Positions 23,964 through 37,950 are shown, numbered from the stretch's first letter. The stretch: 64,000 nt of DNA from Lama glama (GCA_028534125.1 CM052817.1:23376001-23440000), one strand, 5' to 3'. The notes: generated by a model from the sequence alone, not told the origin. Numbers and translations are program-made.

Positions 23964-25389
23964 TGCATATAATTTCTTTTACATCATTCTTGTATCATAT
24001 CACATTTTAAAAAACTATTTGCTACGTCTGTTGCACTGATTTCATAGAGTAGGAAGAAACTTATTTTCTACCTCAAACTGACAACTTCTGTAGAGCACAT
24101 TTTGTTTCTAAATATCTAGAGGCAGAGCAAAGTTAGTTTGGAGTTAGAATAGTTGGCCAGCAGGCAAGTTCCCAGGGTTTATGCAATGTTTTGTACAAGA
24201 AAACTTCAATATGAGGCGGTAAGGCCACTTGACTTGGGATAACTCCACTGCCTTTAGGTCTTCATGCCCAGGATGTATCTTATATTTGTTAATGACTCCA
24301 ATCTTAAAGATCTGCATAAGTGAACAATCCTGGACAAGGATGATTGATTTTATGTTTGGTATCCTAGTAATTATCTCCTTGCTTAGGCATTCAAACTCAA
24401 TTAAAGTATGCTCTTACAAAAATATAACCAGAACCCTGTACATGCAGTTACTTATATTAATCTTAAAATAAGCATTTCCAGTACATCAAATGGGCAGTGA
24501 CTTTATATGTGTAGAAAAACCACCATAAAAGTTAATGATGCCTCATGAAATAATAATTGTACTTATTAAACTATAAGCAGAAAATTAGATGCATATATAT
24601 AATCATTTAAAGCTCTGCTTATATCAGCATTTTATTATGACTTAAAATTAAATATTTTTTAAAAATTCTTAAACAAAGGCGAGTTTTACAGCCTTTCATA
24701 TTTAAAGTACACAAATTATTTAACCATATCTAAAGTTGCAGAAGCTGTAAGATATATAGTAGCATTTACAGTTAGAACTTCAGTCAAGAAATATTTCTTA
24801 AACTAGATATTGTACTAGGCATGTGATACATAAATTAAAAAGTTTAAATAAGCAATTATCCTCTCCTTTCAAGGAGTTAGTTATACAATAGAAAGTGAGT
24901 GTGTGTATGTATATTATACATAAAGCATACCTATATGATGATATACTTTGATTCAACTCTGCCTAATTTTAAACACTATTGTTTTCTTAAATTGAAATAT
25001 ATATGTATGTAACAATATAGTTATATATGCAAACATTAGCATCACCTTTTATTTTCTAATAGAATAATGTAAATAAATTTCTTCATAGAAAAATTATGAA
25101 AAGGAAAAAGGATAATTCCCTTTGAGCTGAAAGAGGGGATTAATAGTCATTGGTAACAGGCATATTTTATAGAATTTTGTCTGAACATAACGCATATTGC
25201 GTACGTGCCGGATGCAGGATTATGTAAAGTTCTTTAGGTGGGGCACGATGAAATATTTTTAACCATTCTGGAGTCCACGTCAATGTTAATAGATAAGATG
25301 AGAAAATAAAGGCTGAATAATTTGCAAATCTCAATGCTTTCATAAAACAAAAATGAATGTCCTTTAAAAATATCAATATCTTATGCTAC

Positions 25390-25650
25390 AGGCCCAGCTA
25401 TGTTTTTGAACATATGACCTAGTCACCCATGGTGCCAGGCTGATGTAACATTCCTTTGTACATGTTATTTTTGATTACTGGTCAGAGAGTGGGAAGCATA
25501 GCCAATTATTACCTGGCTACTAAAGATTCCACCTGGAAATGACATGTATAAATATTGTTCAAAGCAAATCTCATAGTCATATGCTATTTGAAGGGAGTAA
25601 GGAAGTGTAATTCTACATTTGCACAGAAGGAAACTATAAATATTTAATTG
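25390..25650 (-). mobile_element. MLT1 (MaLR) LTR fragment
   Basis: ttccacctggaaatgaca...caaagcaaatctcatagtcatatgctatttgaagggagtaaggaagtgtaattcta resembles MLT1J/K. Confidence 0.55.
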
Positions 25651-25689
25651 AAATTGATATATATATATATATATAATGAATTGTATTTC

Positions 25690-26700
25690 TTGTGTCAAGA
25701 AACATAAATATAGGAAAGAAGGAAAAAATGATTATCATTACTTATTAATAAAATTATTTGATTTGCTAAGCATAAGTCATCGGGAAATGTAAACCACTAG
25801 AAAATTCTGAGATTTCAGTAATGTGGTCAGTTGCATGGATAAATATGAAAGAAAAAATATTTTTCTTAAATTTTAATAGCACTTAGCAAGTATAATTTTA
25901 AAAAATTCCAATCCAAAAATTTTAAATATAAAATCTAGAACTATAAACTTCTTCATAAATGTGTAGAACTTGTGTAAATAAAATTATAAAAGTCTATTTT
26001 AAGACCTGGGGAAAAATTGTTTTATGTGGAGAAACCCTTTTATTGATGGAAGATTTGCAATTTTGTAAAGATTTCGGTGTCTCTAAATGTAACCACAATA
26101 CAAAATTCTAGAGCAATATTTTTTAGAGATGGGAAAAAATACTCAAAAAGGTGTAATGGATCTAGCCGGGAAATTCTAGATAGTGAAAAATCAAATAATT
26201 GTAAAGAATTGGTTTTGTGTAGCAGGCAAAATACATGGCTTGGGCCTTAGTGTTCTGAGTAGACAAGCACCAAGCCATAAAGCTGGAGCAAATTTCTGGA
26301 TATTTCCTACCGTGCTAGGTTTTAGCCCTCTAATTTTTGGATCACAAAACTGTCCAGAGGTCTTGAGAGAGGAAAAGTTTGCATATTAGGACTTGGAGCA
26401 GTGACTATTTACCAACCAGCATAGAAGTATTGAAATTCAACATTTAAACTAATATTATTTGTACAAGATAATATCTACATACCAGCCCTGACTGTGGTCT
26501 TGGTACCAGATTTAAAACGTATAGGAGGAATTTACCAAAAAGTATAGCTATCTATCAAGTTATTTTAAGATGCATGAGAAATATGGCTTCTTTTAATCAG
26601 ATGGATTTCATGAAATAACCAACTTCCTCGTTAAACCCTCACCATTATAGTAAACGTTGTAACCGAATGTATTCCAAAGGGATTAAAGAATTATTTTTTT
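25690..26700 (+). mobile_element. Decayed old L1M ORF2 fragments
   Basis: A-rich L1 ORF2-like motifs (gaaaatgtaaaccactagaa, tattgatggaagatttgcaattttgtaaagat). Interrupted at ~26215-26420. Confidence 0.55.
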
Positions 26701-26719
26701 CATCAGCCAGACACATTCA

Positions 26720-27560
26720 GTCTATCAGTTTTAAATCTCTCTATTGTACTCTCAGATTAATTTTTAATCTATATCTTAATCTAATTCACTTTCTTTTCAT
26801 CTCCCCAATCAGCGAAATTCCAAGTAACCACCTAAGAAAGTAACTTTTCCTGCTTACTTTCTGCTGGTTCTCCATTTAGTACAGAATGACTTTATTTAAA
26901 AAAAAAAAGTTAAATCATATTTCCTTACAAAACATCTAGTAGATTTTTCATTTTAGGACTTAAAGGAAAAATCTAAACTCTGTACCATAAAGGTAAGGAT
27001 CTTTAAGATCTTCTCTGTTAAACATGCCCTTTTTGTCTCATTCATGCTACTTTCTGCTCATAATCTTGTCACACTGGTCTCTATAGTCCTATCTCTTACT
27101 GAGAACTTTCCCGCCTCAGGGTCTTTGCATAATTTGTTCATTCTTCATGGAAAACATTCCATCAAGGTGTTGCAGACTAATTTCGTTTTATCTTCCATAT
27201 CTACACTTAAATGTTGCCTTCTCCAAAAGGCTGTCTCTGAACACGGCATGATAGAGGGGCATACCATCCATCATACTTGTGTATTTCCCCCACCACATTC
27301 ATCTCAGTCTGTACTTTATATGTTCCCATCTTTTGAACTTATTTTTGTCCCAGTCTGGAATACTAACTGTTGACTGGTGATGATATGTTTAGATTCAAAG
27401 TAAATGAACAAATTAGGGAATCAGCCTGGTCAAAGATTGTTTCCAAAAGGAAATGTGACCTATTCTCTTGGTTATCTTTTATGCTTTTAATTATGGAAAA
27501 AATATAAAATGAGACTCTTACTAAGTACTTATTCATCAGTAATATACCTGGGCACAAAAA
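26720..27560 (+). mobile_element. L2 remnant
   Basis: ttcccgcctcagggtctttgcat...cttaaatgttgccttctccaaaaggctgtctctga is a typical L2 3' region. Confidence 0.7.
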
Positions 27561-27917
27561 AAAATATTATCAGAAAGTGAAGTATTTGAGATTCCAGGTT
27601 ACTGAATGAGTTTGTATATTTTCATTATGAGTACTAGATGGTAGACTGCTGAGCGTTGCTGTTTTATAATGAATATAAGTAAATTCCTGTAGTTTGATAA
27701 ATACATTCCAATTCAAATTGAGAAACATGTAAACAATTATGAGACAAACAATTTCACACAACTTGTTTTGGACTAACTGTAACTCCAATAACCATTAATT
27801 CTGAACCAAAAAATAGTTATTTGATGGAATTGGAATGACCCAAATTACACAGAATCTGGGAATGAATTGAGTCCTTGAAAGAAACTGCAGAGGGTGAGGT
27901 CCAAATTTGTGTGGCTT

Positions 27918-28577
27918 TGATGCAGGAAAAGAGATGTGGGGCATGAGAAGGGCTGTGTCCCAAGCTTAGGTTGAGCCCCTGGGATGTGCCCCACCAAGTG
28001 TGGGTCCTTGGCTTCGCGCAGGAAAGAATTCAAGAGCGAGCCACCGTTGAGTGAAGGTAGATTTATTCAGAAAGATACATTGAAAGGCAAGAGAAAGGCC
28101 ACGAAGTGTGGGGGTTGAGTGCTCAGATTAAAAGTAGATACACACTCCATAGACAGAATGTGGATGGTCTCCGGGGGAGGAGGGGGGAGGGAGAGAGAAG
28201 GAGAGAGAGAGAGAGAGAGAGGTGGCTGAGAAGCGCCCTGTTGCTAGTTTTTATGGGCTTGGTGGCTTCATATGCTAATAAGTGGAAGGACCAGTCTAAG
28301 TAGCCTGGGGAAGGGGCTGGGATTCCCAGGAAGCTGGCCATTTCCCACTCTTTGACCTTTTGTGGCTAGCCTTGGGACTGCCATGGTGCCTGTGGGTGTG
28401 TTATTTACCACGTTAATACATTACAGTGGGTGTGTAATGAAGCTCAAGATCTGCTAAGAGTCAAATTTCCAACCATCTCGAGCCTCAAGGCCTACTGGGG
28501 GTTGAATCTTTCACCATTTTGATGTTAATTGCTGTAGCATTCCTTGAATGGCTGTGCCCTGCCCCCTTCCTGTCTCA
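27918..28577 (-). mobile_element. ERV1-class solo LTR (660 bp), relatively young
   Basis: TGA...TCA termini (tgatgcagg / cctgtctca), 4-bp TSD gctt (27914-27917 and 28578-28581), AATAAA on the minus strand near 28065, several retained CpGs, and an internal (GA)n. Confidence 0.92.
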
Positions 28578-29034
28578 GCTTAACCCCTTACCCACTCTCC
28601 AGTTAATTAGCAAGAGCTGGTAAGGGCTCTTGGGGAAATCCTCGTCATTGGCTTAAGGTGTCAGAGGGATTCAGGGCTGTCACTGAGGGGTGAAACTTGG
28701 AAAGGAAGGCGTAATATAATGTGAATATAAAGCTGTAATTATAACCCCCCCCAAATCCTTGGATGGATGTGCATATGCACTAAAGACTCCAATGATGCCG
28801 GGGCAGACCTGCTGGGGTCCCACTCCCCGTGCTTAGGTCTTGGACTCCTCGAGGCAATAGCTAAGACAGGCACCAGGCTCACCTTGCTTATTTTTCCCAC
28901 TCTCAGTGATCATTGCCTTGTGCTTTTGTTTCTGGAAATAATTTTTCCATATTTTTTCCTGGAATGTTAGTTCTTTCAAGCAAGGATTGTTACTTCATCA
29001 TGGCTGGAAATGGCAGTCTTCTACTTTAAACCAT

Positions 29035-29520
29035 TGTCAACTGAAATAAATGCACAGCCTAAAAGTTGAGGGTTATGTTTTATTCGGTGGACAATTCTAA
29101 GGACTCAGCCCAGGATGACAGCCTCTCAGATCGCTCTGAGGGACTGCTCCAAAGAGGTGGGGGAGGAGCTAGGATATATAGCAGTTTTACAACAAAGACC
29201 AGGTAGTTGGAACGTTAAAAGATTACTTGTTAACTAAAAACCCCAGGCATCTCAAGTTAAAGAATTTAGTGCTTTTCTGTGTGTGGGAGGAAGCAAGCAT
29301 TTGGGCTCCTTGAATTCATTCCTTTGACAAGCCCCCAGCTATCTAGGGCCAGTATCCTGTCCTTTCTTATTCTGAGTCCCCTCAGGGTGCACCATTGTGA
29401 GTGGCTGCAGAGGCTGGGCTGCAGGCTTGTCTTCACTGGAGGGTGGCAGCAGCCGCTGATGACTTGATGGCTTCAGCATTCTTTGTTTTCTGATATGGTT
29501 TGCAGTATTTTTCAATCACT
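29035..29520 (-). mobile_element. ERV1-class solo LTR (cetartiodactyl MER41-like, tentative)
   Basis: Begins tgtcaactgaaataaatgcacagcctaaaagttgag. TSD ccat at 29031-29034 and 29521-29524. The terminal CA is mutated to CT. Poly(A) signal ttttatt at ~29078. Contains gacagcctctcagatcgctctgagggactgctccaaagagg. Confidence 0.85.
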
Positions 29521-30604
29521 CCATTAACATTTCATAAGAAAGATATTTAGGAAGTTTTAAAGTAAATTTCATATCATTTCCACCTATGTTATATGTTATT
29601 TTAAAACTACGTTCAATGTCTCATATGCATACCAGGAGGTTTTATATCATGTAAGCATACTTTTACAAGATCAGTATGAAGTGTTTCTTGTTATTCCTTT
29701 ATTTCAATGTTTTCTTAAAACATGAACTTTTCACTTTTTGGAAACTAGTAGAAAGAAATTGGGTTTGAGATCATTTCCTAAGTAACACTTCTGTATTCTT
29801 TATACTGGAGCCGAACAAAATAAAACAAATAGCAGCTTTTGTGAAGCATGAAAACTGATCTCTAATTCCCTTCCAACAATCTTGCCAAGGTTGGGAAGAA
29901 GAATTTACAGAGTATGAGCATATATGAGACTGGAGCCAATGAAAGATAGGAAGAAAACTGTTAACTGTCAGGTCAAATTACAAAAATATCTACATCCTAA
30001 CCTGTCAAAAATGAGTCCTGTGATATTTTTGGTGCTGGGGTGGGAGTTGGGGGTGGGGGTGCCTACATTTTAACATATTTTCCCAGGCCTCAAAGTGAAA
30101 TTGATTAGAAGGAAAAAGGTTAGAGGAAAGATTATAACATATTCATCTATCTCTAGCAATAGATGGAACAGACATTGTCTCCCCAGCTAGCCTGGAAGGT
30201 TCCCATTTACCTTTGATTCTGAGCTGTTTGGAAAGCCCTGGTTATCAAGACACACCCATCTTACCCAGTTAGGGGTGCCTTGTGTTCTTTCGGAGCCTTG
30301 AAGGAAAAGCTCTGGAAGGCACTCTTTGTTTCTTTTGATTATCACCGAATTTAACCCCAAACATCCAGAGACACTGGGGATGTGTTCAGGTTATGCTGGC
30401 TTCAGCTTCGGACTAAGTAGTCAGTGAATTCACTTGCTACAAAGTAAAGGGTGAATCAGAGGCTTCACTGCAGCTTCCAGGGATCAGCATTTCTCAAGAC
30501 CTTGTGCCTTATCTCTCTCTGAAACATGCTGGAATCGTTAAAGAATTCACAAAAATGGACTGTGTTGTCTTGTTAAGTACCTGAGCTCCCGCTTCAACAA
30601 ATAA

Positions 30605-32260
30605 CATTTATCAGCTTTCTAGACTAATGTTCTAATTTTCTTATGTTTTCTTTCCTTCTGGGAGATTTTTTAGCATCTTTATTTTCCAATATTTTTACTA
30701 AGTTTTAGCTTCTGCCATCATACACTTAACTTCCAGTGTTTCAGTAAACAATTACTTATTACAGCATTCTTTCTTATTATGGATACTCAAAAGGCTAAAA
30801 ATATTAATGATTGTTACCTCAAAGAGAGAAGGGAAAAACCTTGGTTCTTGTCTTGCCTGAAAGAGAAGAACTCAGCTGGGAAATGGAAGTGTTACGTAGA
30901 GAAAGATTTTAAAGATTTTTTTAGCAGAGCAAAAGTACACCTTCAGGAATGGAAAGCGGGCTGATCCAAGGGTGGATAGCAACGGTCTTTGTCCCTACCC
31001 TTATACCCTTGCTTAGAGGTGGTCTCTTGATTAATTGATGGCTCTTGGCTCTGGAGTGCTTAGTCATGCTTGGCCCCTTTTGTGCATGTCCTTACTCATG
31101 ATGCACACAGAAAAACCCATAGTGGTGGGGAGAGAGCACCTAAACTGCAGCACTAATTATATTACAATGAGCTTTGGGCCATGTTCTGTTAAGTCCTTGT
31201 AACTGCCATGCGGCCCTTGGGTTTTAACCAGTTTCTTGCTGGCACTCATTTAGAGGATGTAGTGCCTTTATGCTGAAGGTGGGCATAACACCATCTTTTG
31301 GACCATCTTCCCTGTCCTCCACCTTATCTACCCAGTGCCCCCACTTAGCTAACTACCTAACATGATGACCTTTTAAGCTTGATTACTTTGGCCTTATCTC
31401 TGTTTCCTTCAATTTGCATTTGTTTCCTGTTTTTCTTTTGTTTCTGCTTTTGATTTTAGATAATTTTCTTAAGATATTTTCTTTAGATTATGTTTTTTTT
31501 ACATATGTGATCATCCTTATCTGTTACGTTATATTTAGTGATAGAAAACTAAAATCTGATTGAAAAAGACTGTTCTGTATTACTCCAACAGACACACACG
31601 CCCACACCCACACCCACACAATCAGAGTATCTTTGTGAATTTTCTTTTCATTCAACACATTTCTGAGAAAAAACTATTCCAGTGTCCTAAATAGACTATA
31701 AACCACCTGGTTACCAATGTGGTGCCTAGCACAAGAGGAAAGGCAGTTGTGGTCTCTACCTTCTGCAAACACTCATTTAATGTCCAGTCTGGACTATGGC
31801 AGTCGGGTCTGTCATTGAGCTGTTGTCCTGAAATCTTTTCTCTCCCCCTCTGCAGGGATTAAATCTCCAGGCTTCACCCAAGAAGTAGGGAACATGCAGG
31901 GCTGGAGAATTAACTTGGTAAATCCCCCAGTCTTTTTCTTAAAAGACTGTCACATAATCCTGTCATTTTTATTCCTCCAGCACATCTCCCCACCCATACC
32001 TTCTTCAGTGTTTGACACATTTATGATAAGGATTGATTTTCTATTTTTTGTTTTAGTTTCAGAGATTTTTGGTTCAGGTAAGCCGGTTTCCACTCATCTA
32101 TCGTCCTACCAGATCTCTCTGTCTCTCTCTATATAGCTGTTTTGTCCTTGTGGGAAAATACCTTTAAAAAGTCCATTATGGTCATTGTAGCGGTTTGCAG
32201 ACATAGTAGAACTTATTGTTCAATCTGCTCATTTTAATCAGGAGTTTTACTTTTCTTAAG
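30605..32260 (-). mobile_element. Old L1M 5'/ORF1-region remnant, split by the LTR at 30812-31362
   Basis: T-rich L1-antisense-like composition and motifs on both sides of the LTR. Confidence 0.45.
30812..31362 (-). mobile_element. ERV1-class solo LTR (551 bp), related to the LTR at 13879-14448
   Basis: tgttacc...ctaactacctaaca termini shared with 13879-14448. TSD tgat at 30808-30811 and 31363-31366. Confidence 0.9.
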
Positions 32261-35200
32261 TACTTTTGATTTTCATGCTACACTAGGTAGAAATAATTCG
32301 AATTTGGTTTAAAAAAGTATAAACTCTTTATAGCTATCAGTATAACTACAACACATATGCATATAAAGGAATACATTATGAAAATGACTCAAACACATTA
32401 TAAACTCATCAAGCTGTAAGAATTCTGCTAAACAGAAGGTTAAATGTAAAATTTCTTTCTTGTTATTCCTTTCATAGTGTATTTTTAGCACAGTGGGTCA
32501 ATTTGTAGTAGCATCTTACCAGCATAGATTAAAAATAAAGAGGACAATATGCTGAAATAAAATTGATGGAGGTTCCCTATTTATTTTCTAACAATATACA
32601 GTAGAAAATATATTTTTAAACTGTTATTGTATTTTCATTGTTATTCTTCTGAGACAATTATTACAAAGAGCCCAAGGATACATATATATTTCTGAAAGTC
32701 ATATTTTCTTAGTAAAGAATTGCCTAGTTTTATGTCCACCATTTATCAGATTGAGGCACTATATCCTGACTGTACAAGAGAGGACTAATTTATTATTAAT
32801 AGAGCTTTATACAAACAAGCATTCATGACATCAGTTTGCCCTCTTTAACTGTACCTCTGGGCACCATGTGAATCATTTATGAGGTGGCTGTATGTCACAC
32901 AGTTGAAAAGATTGCAGATTTACAGAGCATACCATGGCACACACACATACCTACGCACACACACAGACACACATTATGTGAATTTCTTTTCATAAGAAGC
33001 CATTCCTCATTTAGTAGGATAATGAATATAGAAAACATATGCTTTATTAATTAGGAAAGGTTTTCTCAGACTAGTAGACTTTAGCCTAATAGCGGGGAGA
33101 TAATTGTATTGAGACATCATGATTGGTTATAGATTATATTAATGATAAAATACTATAAGAAGGTTAATTTTTTTAAAGGTTGAAGAAAAATGTTAGCAAG
33201 ACATCAGATTATCAGACCAGATTACCAAATGTCATGGATATAATAGAAAAAAATGGGAAATATTAAAAGAGGCAAGCCATTCTTATCAGATTAACCACAC
33301 TAAAAAAATACATCATGGGCCACTATATTACCTCACCACAGAATGTTTATTTCCTGACATGGAAATGTACTTTGTATGGTAACAGTCACAAGGTGATTAA
33401 TTGTTGTAAAAGTTGACTAAATATCAAGAATATATTTTATTTTAGAATTCTGTTTGTTTTTAATTTTATTCATGATCTTCAGATGTTATGTATGCAAAGC
33501 CAAGCATATAACAATAAGTCACACTGCTAGACAGCAGCTACAGAACTCTGCTCAGCTAAGTCATTAATCTCACATACTGTTCATAATGTGATCTTCCAGC
33601 AAAATAACATCCCGGCAGTAGTAGATAACAGTAACTTAATGCCTATTTTTGTCTGCTCTAAATGTGAGTTGCATTTGGAGTATAGGAAAGTAATAATAAT
33701 TGTTTAGATTGACTAAATATATAATTAAGTCATAATCTAAATATCCTGTATCTCTCAGAAACTCTCTTTTTAAAATGTAATTAACATTGCCAATAAAAAT
33801 AAATTTTGTCTATTAGATGTTTGCTGTCTTGAGAAAATATTCCAAATATCATTTTTCTAGTTTTTCTGCAGGAGAATAATTTTAATGGAGATATCATTAA
33901 TAATAAATAAATTTAATAAAATGTTTCATGAAAAATTAGAATGTATTGAAAAATTAAAAAACATTAAAATTCTTAAAATGAGTAAACAATGGTAGAACTA
34001 TTTTCTAAATGATCCAATATGAGGAACACATTTTATGTCTAAATATTTTCAGATGACCACATGGTATCATTTATGCACTAAGTATTCACTGACTAATAAT
34101 GTACTTAATTGATTGAAAACAGTATGAATTTACTTTGAAAAAATGATTAATCACAGCTACCTATACATATGAAAGGTAGCAAAACAAAAATCTGTAAGAT
34201 TATGCAGAATATAGACAAAATTTTTCAAGTATCTAGATTAGAAGACATTACAGTAATTCTGTGGTTCTCTAGGGTCCACTGGTCATAAAATATATCCCAT
34301 TTTTAGTCAATAAAAAATTCAAATTTTTAAGAAAGATTAATTGGCAATTGAAATTTACAGAGAGATTAAAATCTATAATCAATATCACTATATAATTTAA
34401 GCCTATAATTAGTGCTTTTATACTTAGTAGAAATGAAATTCTATAAAAGAAAATAATCATACCAAATAAAACTATCTACATATATTAACATATAGTAAAA
34501 AAAAATAAGGCATTTTTAAGAGAAGTTTATTTTGTGTCAATTTTAAGTGAGAAGGATATGTTTGATTTTGAAATACCTTTTCTACTCAATTCAGCTTTTA
34601 AAATCAAAACATCTTAAATATCTACATTATGTATCAGGACTTCATTGTTAAGACTGATAAAAATTTGGACAGGTCTATGATTTAGAAATGGTATTTAAAT
34701 GTAAGTCATTCAACTGCAATTCCTTAAGTTCTTAGAACACCTGAATGATCTATAAAAAGAACCCATCATTGTGTTGTCAAAATGAGTGATTATGGCTTTA
34801 TTGTCAAGAACAAATGATTACAATTGTTTTAAACACGACTTTAACATTTTTGTAATTATACACAAATTACATTTTTGCAATATTGTCAACTAGGGTGAGT
34901 CAGATTTCTGATTTTTGTGAAATAAAAGAATAAAAATATAAAATTTTACAGTTTAATTTTTTATTACTCATCCACATATAGAAATATAAATGATGTATTT
35001 ATTTCTATCATAATTAAATGTGACTACCTACAAATATTTCACTCAAACCTTAGTAAGAGGGTCATCTTGATGGCAAAGCAAGGAGTACCTAAGCTATGAA
35101 AGGCAGATTTCTTTGGCAACCAATAGGAATGTGTTATTCAATAGACCTGCCAACTTCTTTAGACCTGACAGTATATCATGCTGTTACTTAACTCTTCATA

Positions 35201-36001
35201 TCTCTTCTCAAACCCTGTCACTTGGCAGAGTAAAAACTTTCTCTGGTCTTTGCCAAGCAGATCTTCAACAATAGTCAGAAAAATCATTTTTTATGCCTAA
35301 ATAAAATGGAAAGAATGTTCCAATTAACTGAGGGTTCTAGAAGTCATGGTAGTGCTTTTCTAAACACTATTTTATTTCCAAAGATTAGCAATGTGCTTAG
35401 GTCAATATATGTGCACCCCTGGATGAAAAAATGAATGAATCAGTGAACAAAAAATTCTCAAATATAAAATATTTTTCAGATTTGTATTTGAGATTAACAT
35501 AAGCCTCCCATCACTTCTTGAGGTTCTAGAAATGTAAGGCAGCATTCAATTGAATAATGTATTACGCATTTTAAATGCAAATTGTAGTCTTGCTTGCTTT
35601 ATGCCACATTTTCAGTGATTAACAAGAAGAGTTAATTCTAAGCCAACTTGGAAATGCAAATGTTCTTAAAAAAATCAAGTCAAAGTTTTTAAACTTCAGA
35701 CTTTTTCACGATTTATGGTGAAATTGAAATATGTTGCAATGTTTTTTTAATGAGAATATAGTGTTGCCAAAAGGGCCAAAAATGCTGATTTAGTGTTCTC
35801 CCAGTTTTTCACTTTGTTTTTTTCAAATTAAAAAGCACAGAGACTAACATGAACACAAGTTGTTCACAGCACTCAAAGTTATATGTATTTTCTTAACTCC
35901 ATCTGCCATTAGACATTTCCAGTAAATAAATAGTGTATATTGTTCCAGTGCATATTTCTATATATAATACATATGGAAAGCCATAAACTTTAAGATGATA
36001 C

Positions 36002-36102
36002 TTTTTTCTTGTATTTTTTATTGAAGTACAGTCAGTGACAATGTGTCAATTTCTGGTGTACAGCACAGTGTCCCAGTCATGCATATACATACATATATTT
36101 AT
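36002..36102 (-). mobile_element. Very short (~100 bp) camelid-type L1 3' end
   Basis: tttttattgaagtacagtcagtgacaatgtgtcaatttctggtgtacagcac is nearly identical to 48951-49000. Imperfect TSD agatgatac / agatgacac. Confidence 0.85.
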
Positions 36103-36114
36103 GAGATGACACCT

Positions 36115-37180
36115 TTTATGAATGTTCGTAATTCACATAAGTTCTGTCATTCTATTCTGTCTCACAGAAATTTGCTACTTTCATTTAACGTAATGTTTTG
36201 AAACCACATGCATGTTGATACATGTAGATCAAGGAAAATTTTTTTTTTTTACTACACAGAATCTCATATGATTATGAGGAATTCTTCCTTTGATCATTGA
36301 CTGTGATTATGAAATTGCTTATTCAGTTTTTATTGGTTAATTTTATACTTATTTTTATACTCATTTGTTGTTTTGCTTATTTGAACATTTAGAATATCTT
36401 TTGTTTTACAAAATATTTAATATTTAATTTAATATTTATTTTAATATGTATTTAAAATCATAAAGAATTTATCAGTTCCTTAATATACTTGCTTTTTGCT
36501 TTTTAAGATATATTTCCATGTATCAAGGTAAAAAATTTTTCTCTAAGTTTTATTTTCTGAAGACTTAATTGTTTTCATGTGATTATTTGACTGATTTGAT
36601 GTCTAATATGTTGTTTTCATATAGTTAGTATTTCTAACTTTTGGAAAAGTTGTTAAACTTTTCTTGATTATTTATAAGGCTTTCTCTCTCAAATTACAGC
36701 AAAATATCTGTATATTTTTGTCCTCTGACTCCTTATTCTAGTCCACTAATCTTTATACAAAACTATTAGATTTTAAGTAGTATATTTTTATGTCTTGATT
36801 TCTAGACAATGTGAAAATTGCCTTACATTCTTTGTGTTTCTCATGATAGACAGCTTTGAAGACCATTTGTTATAATGCTATTGTATTTTGTTTTGCTTTG
36901 CTTTAAATGAAAATCTACTGTCTTTCAATCATCCTTTTCAATTTTCTTTTAATCATGTTTTGTGTAATTTTGTTAAATTCATTCTTAAATAGTTTAAAAT
37001 TTTGCTGCTATTTAAAACAGTGTCTCCACAGGAGTACTTTATTTTGGAATCAGTTGTTATTGTTTTTCTAATATTATTGCTTCCTCCTCCTCTCCTTCTC
37101 TTTATCCTCTCTCCATCTCTCTCCCTCTGTCTTTCCTATTATTGCCTTTGAGATTCAATAGTGTAGTGATGATGAGCAAA
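36115..37180 (-). mobile_element. Decayed old L1ME-like 3' region
   Basis: ttttcatttaacgtaatgttttgaaaccacatgcatgttgatacatgtagatc followed by T-rich L1-antisense sequence. Confidence 0.6.
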
Positions 37181-37199
37181 TTGTCTTGGTGGCAATATT

Positions 37200-37443
37200 C
37201 TCATGAATGGGATCTCTCTTTCTGGCTGCATCTCACTCGATTCCATACTAAGAGAGTTTACCGTGCTTTAGGGCTCATGTAATTACATGGGACGCATCCT
37301 AAAAATCCATGATCATCTCCCTATTTTAATGTCCTTAATCTTAATCTCAACTGCAAATTTTCTTTTGCCATGTAATGTAACATATTCACAGCTTCCAGAG
37401 ATTAGGGCATTGACAGTTCTCATGGGAAATCTGCCCACTACAC
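37200..37443 (-). mobile_element. MLT1C/D-like MaLR LTR, 5' part
   Basis: gggctcatgtaattacatggg...atctcaactgcaaattttcttttgccatgtaatgtaacatattcacagcttccagagattagggcat. Confidence 0.8.
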
Positions 37444-37564
37444 ATGGCATAGGAGAGGGTATCATAGCTCTTGACTCATGGTACAAGGTACAGGAGTTCA
37501 TACGTGAATGTCTTGTAAGAAATTGATAGGGATATAATAAAATTACATTATAACACATAAATAG

Positions 37565-37769
37565 CACTTATTACTGTGAGAAACATTGTTGAAAACATTT
37601 CATTTTTAGTCCTCACAGTTGTGTGAAGTAAATAGGATTGATGTCCTAGTTTTATACATGAGGAAACTGAAGCACAGATTAGTTAACATATATAGCAACT
37701 AAAAAGAAAGGAAGAGAGAAGGAAGGAAGGAAGGAGAAAGAAAGAAAAAAGGAAAGAAGGAAGGAAGGA

Positions 37770-37844
<75 letters not shown>

Positions 37845-37950
37845 GAAGGAAGGAAGGAAGGAAGGAAGGAAGGAAGGAAGGAAGGAAAAGAAAGGGAAAG
37901 AAAAAAGTTGGTTTTGACTTTGCTAAAGACGGGACGACTACATTGTTTCA
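37565..37950 (-). mobile_element. MIR split by a purine microsatellite
   Basis: tttatacatgaggaaactgaagcacaga MIR core, resuming after 37907. Confidence 0.65.
37701..37907. repeat. Compound (GGAA)n-(GAAA)n-(GGAA)n microsatellite, pure purine tract of ~207 bp
   Basis: Directly visible. Confidence 0.97.
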
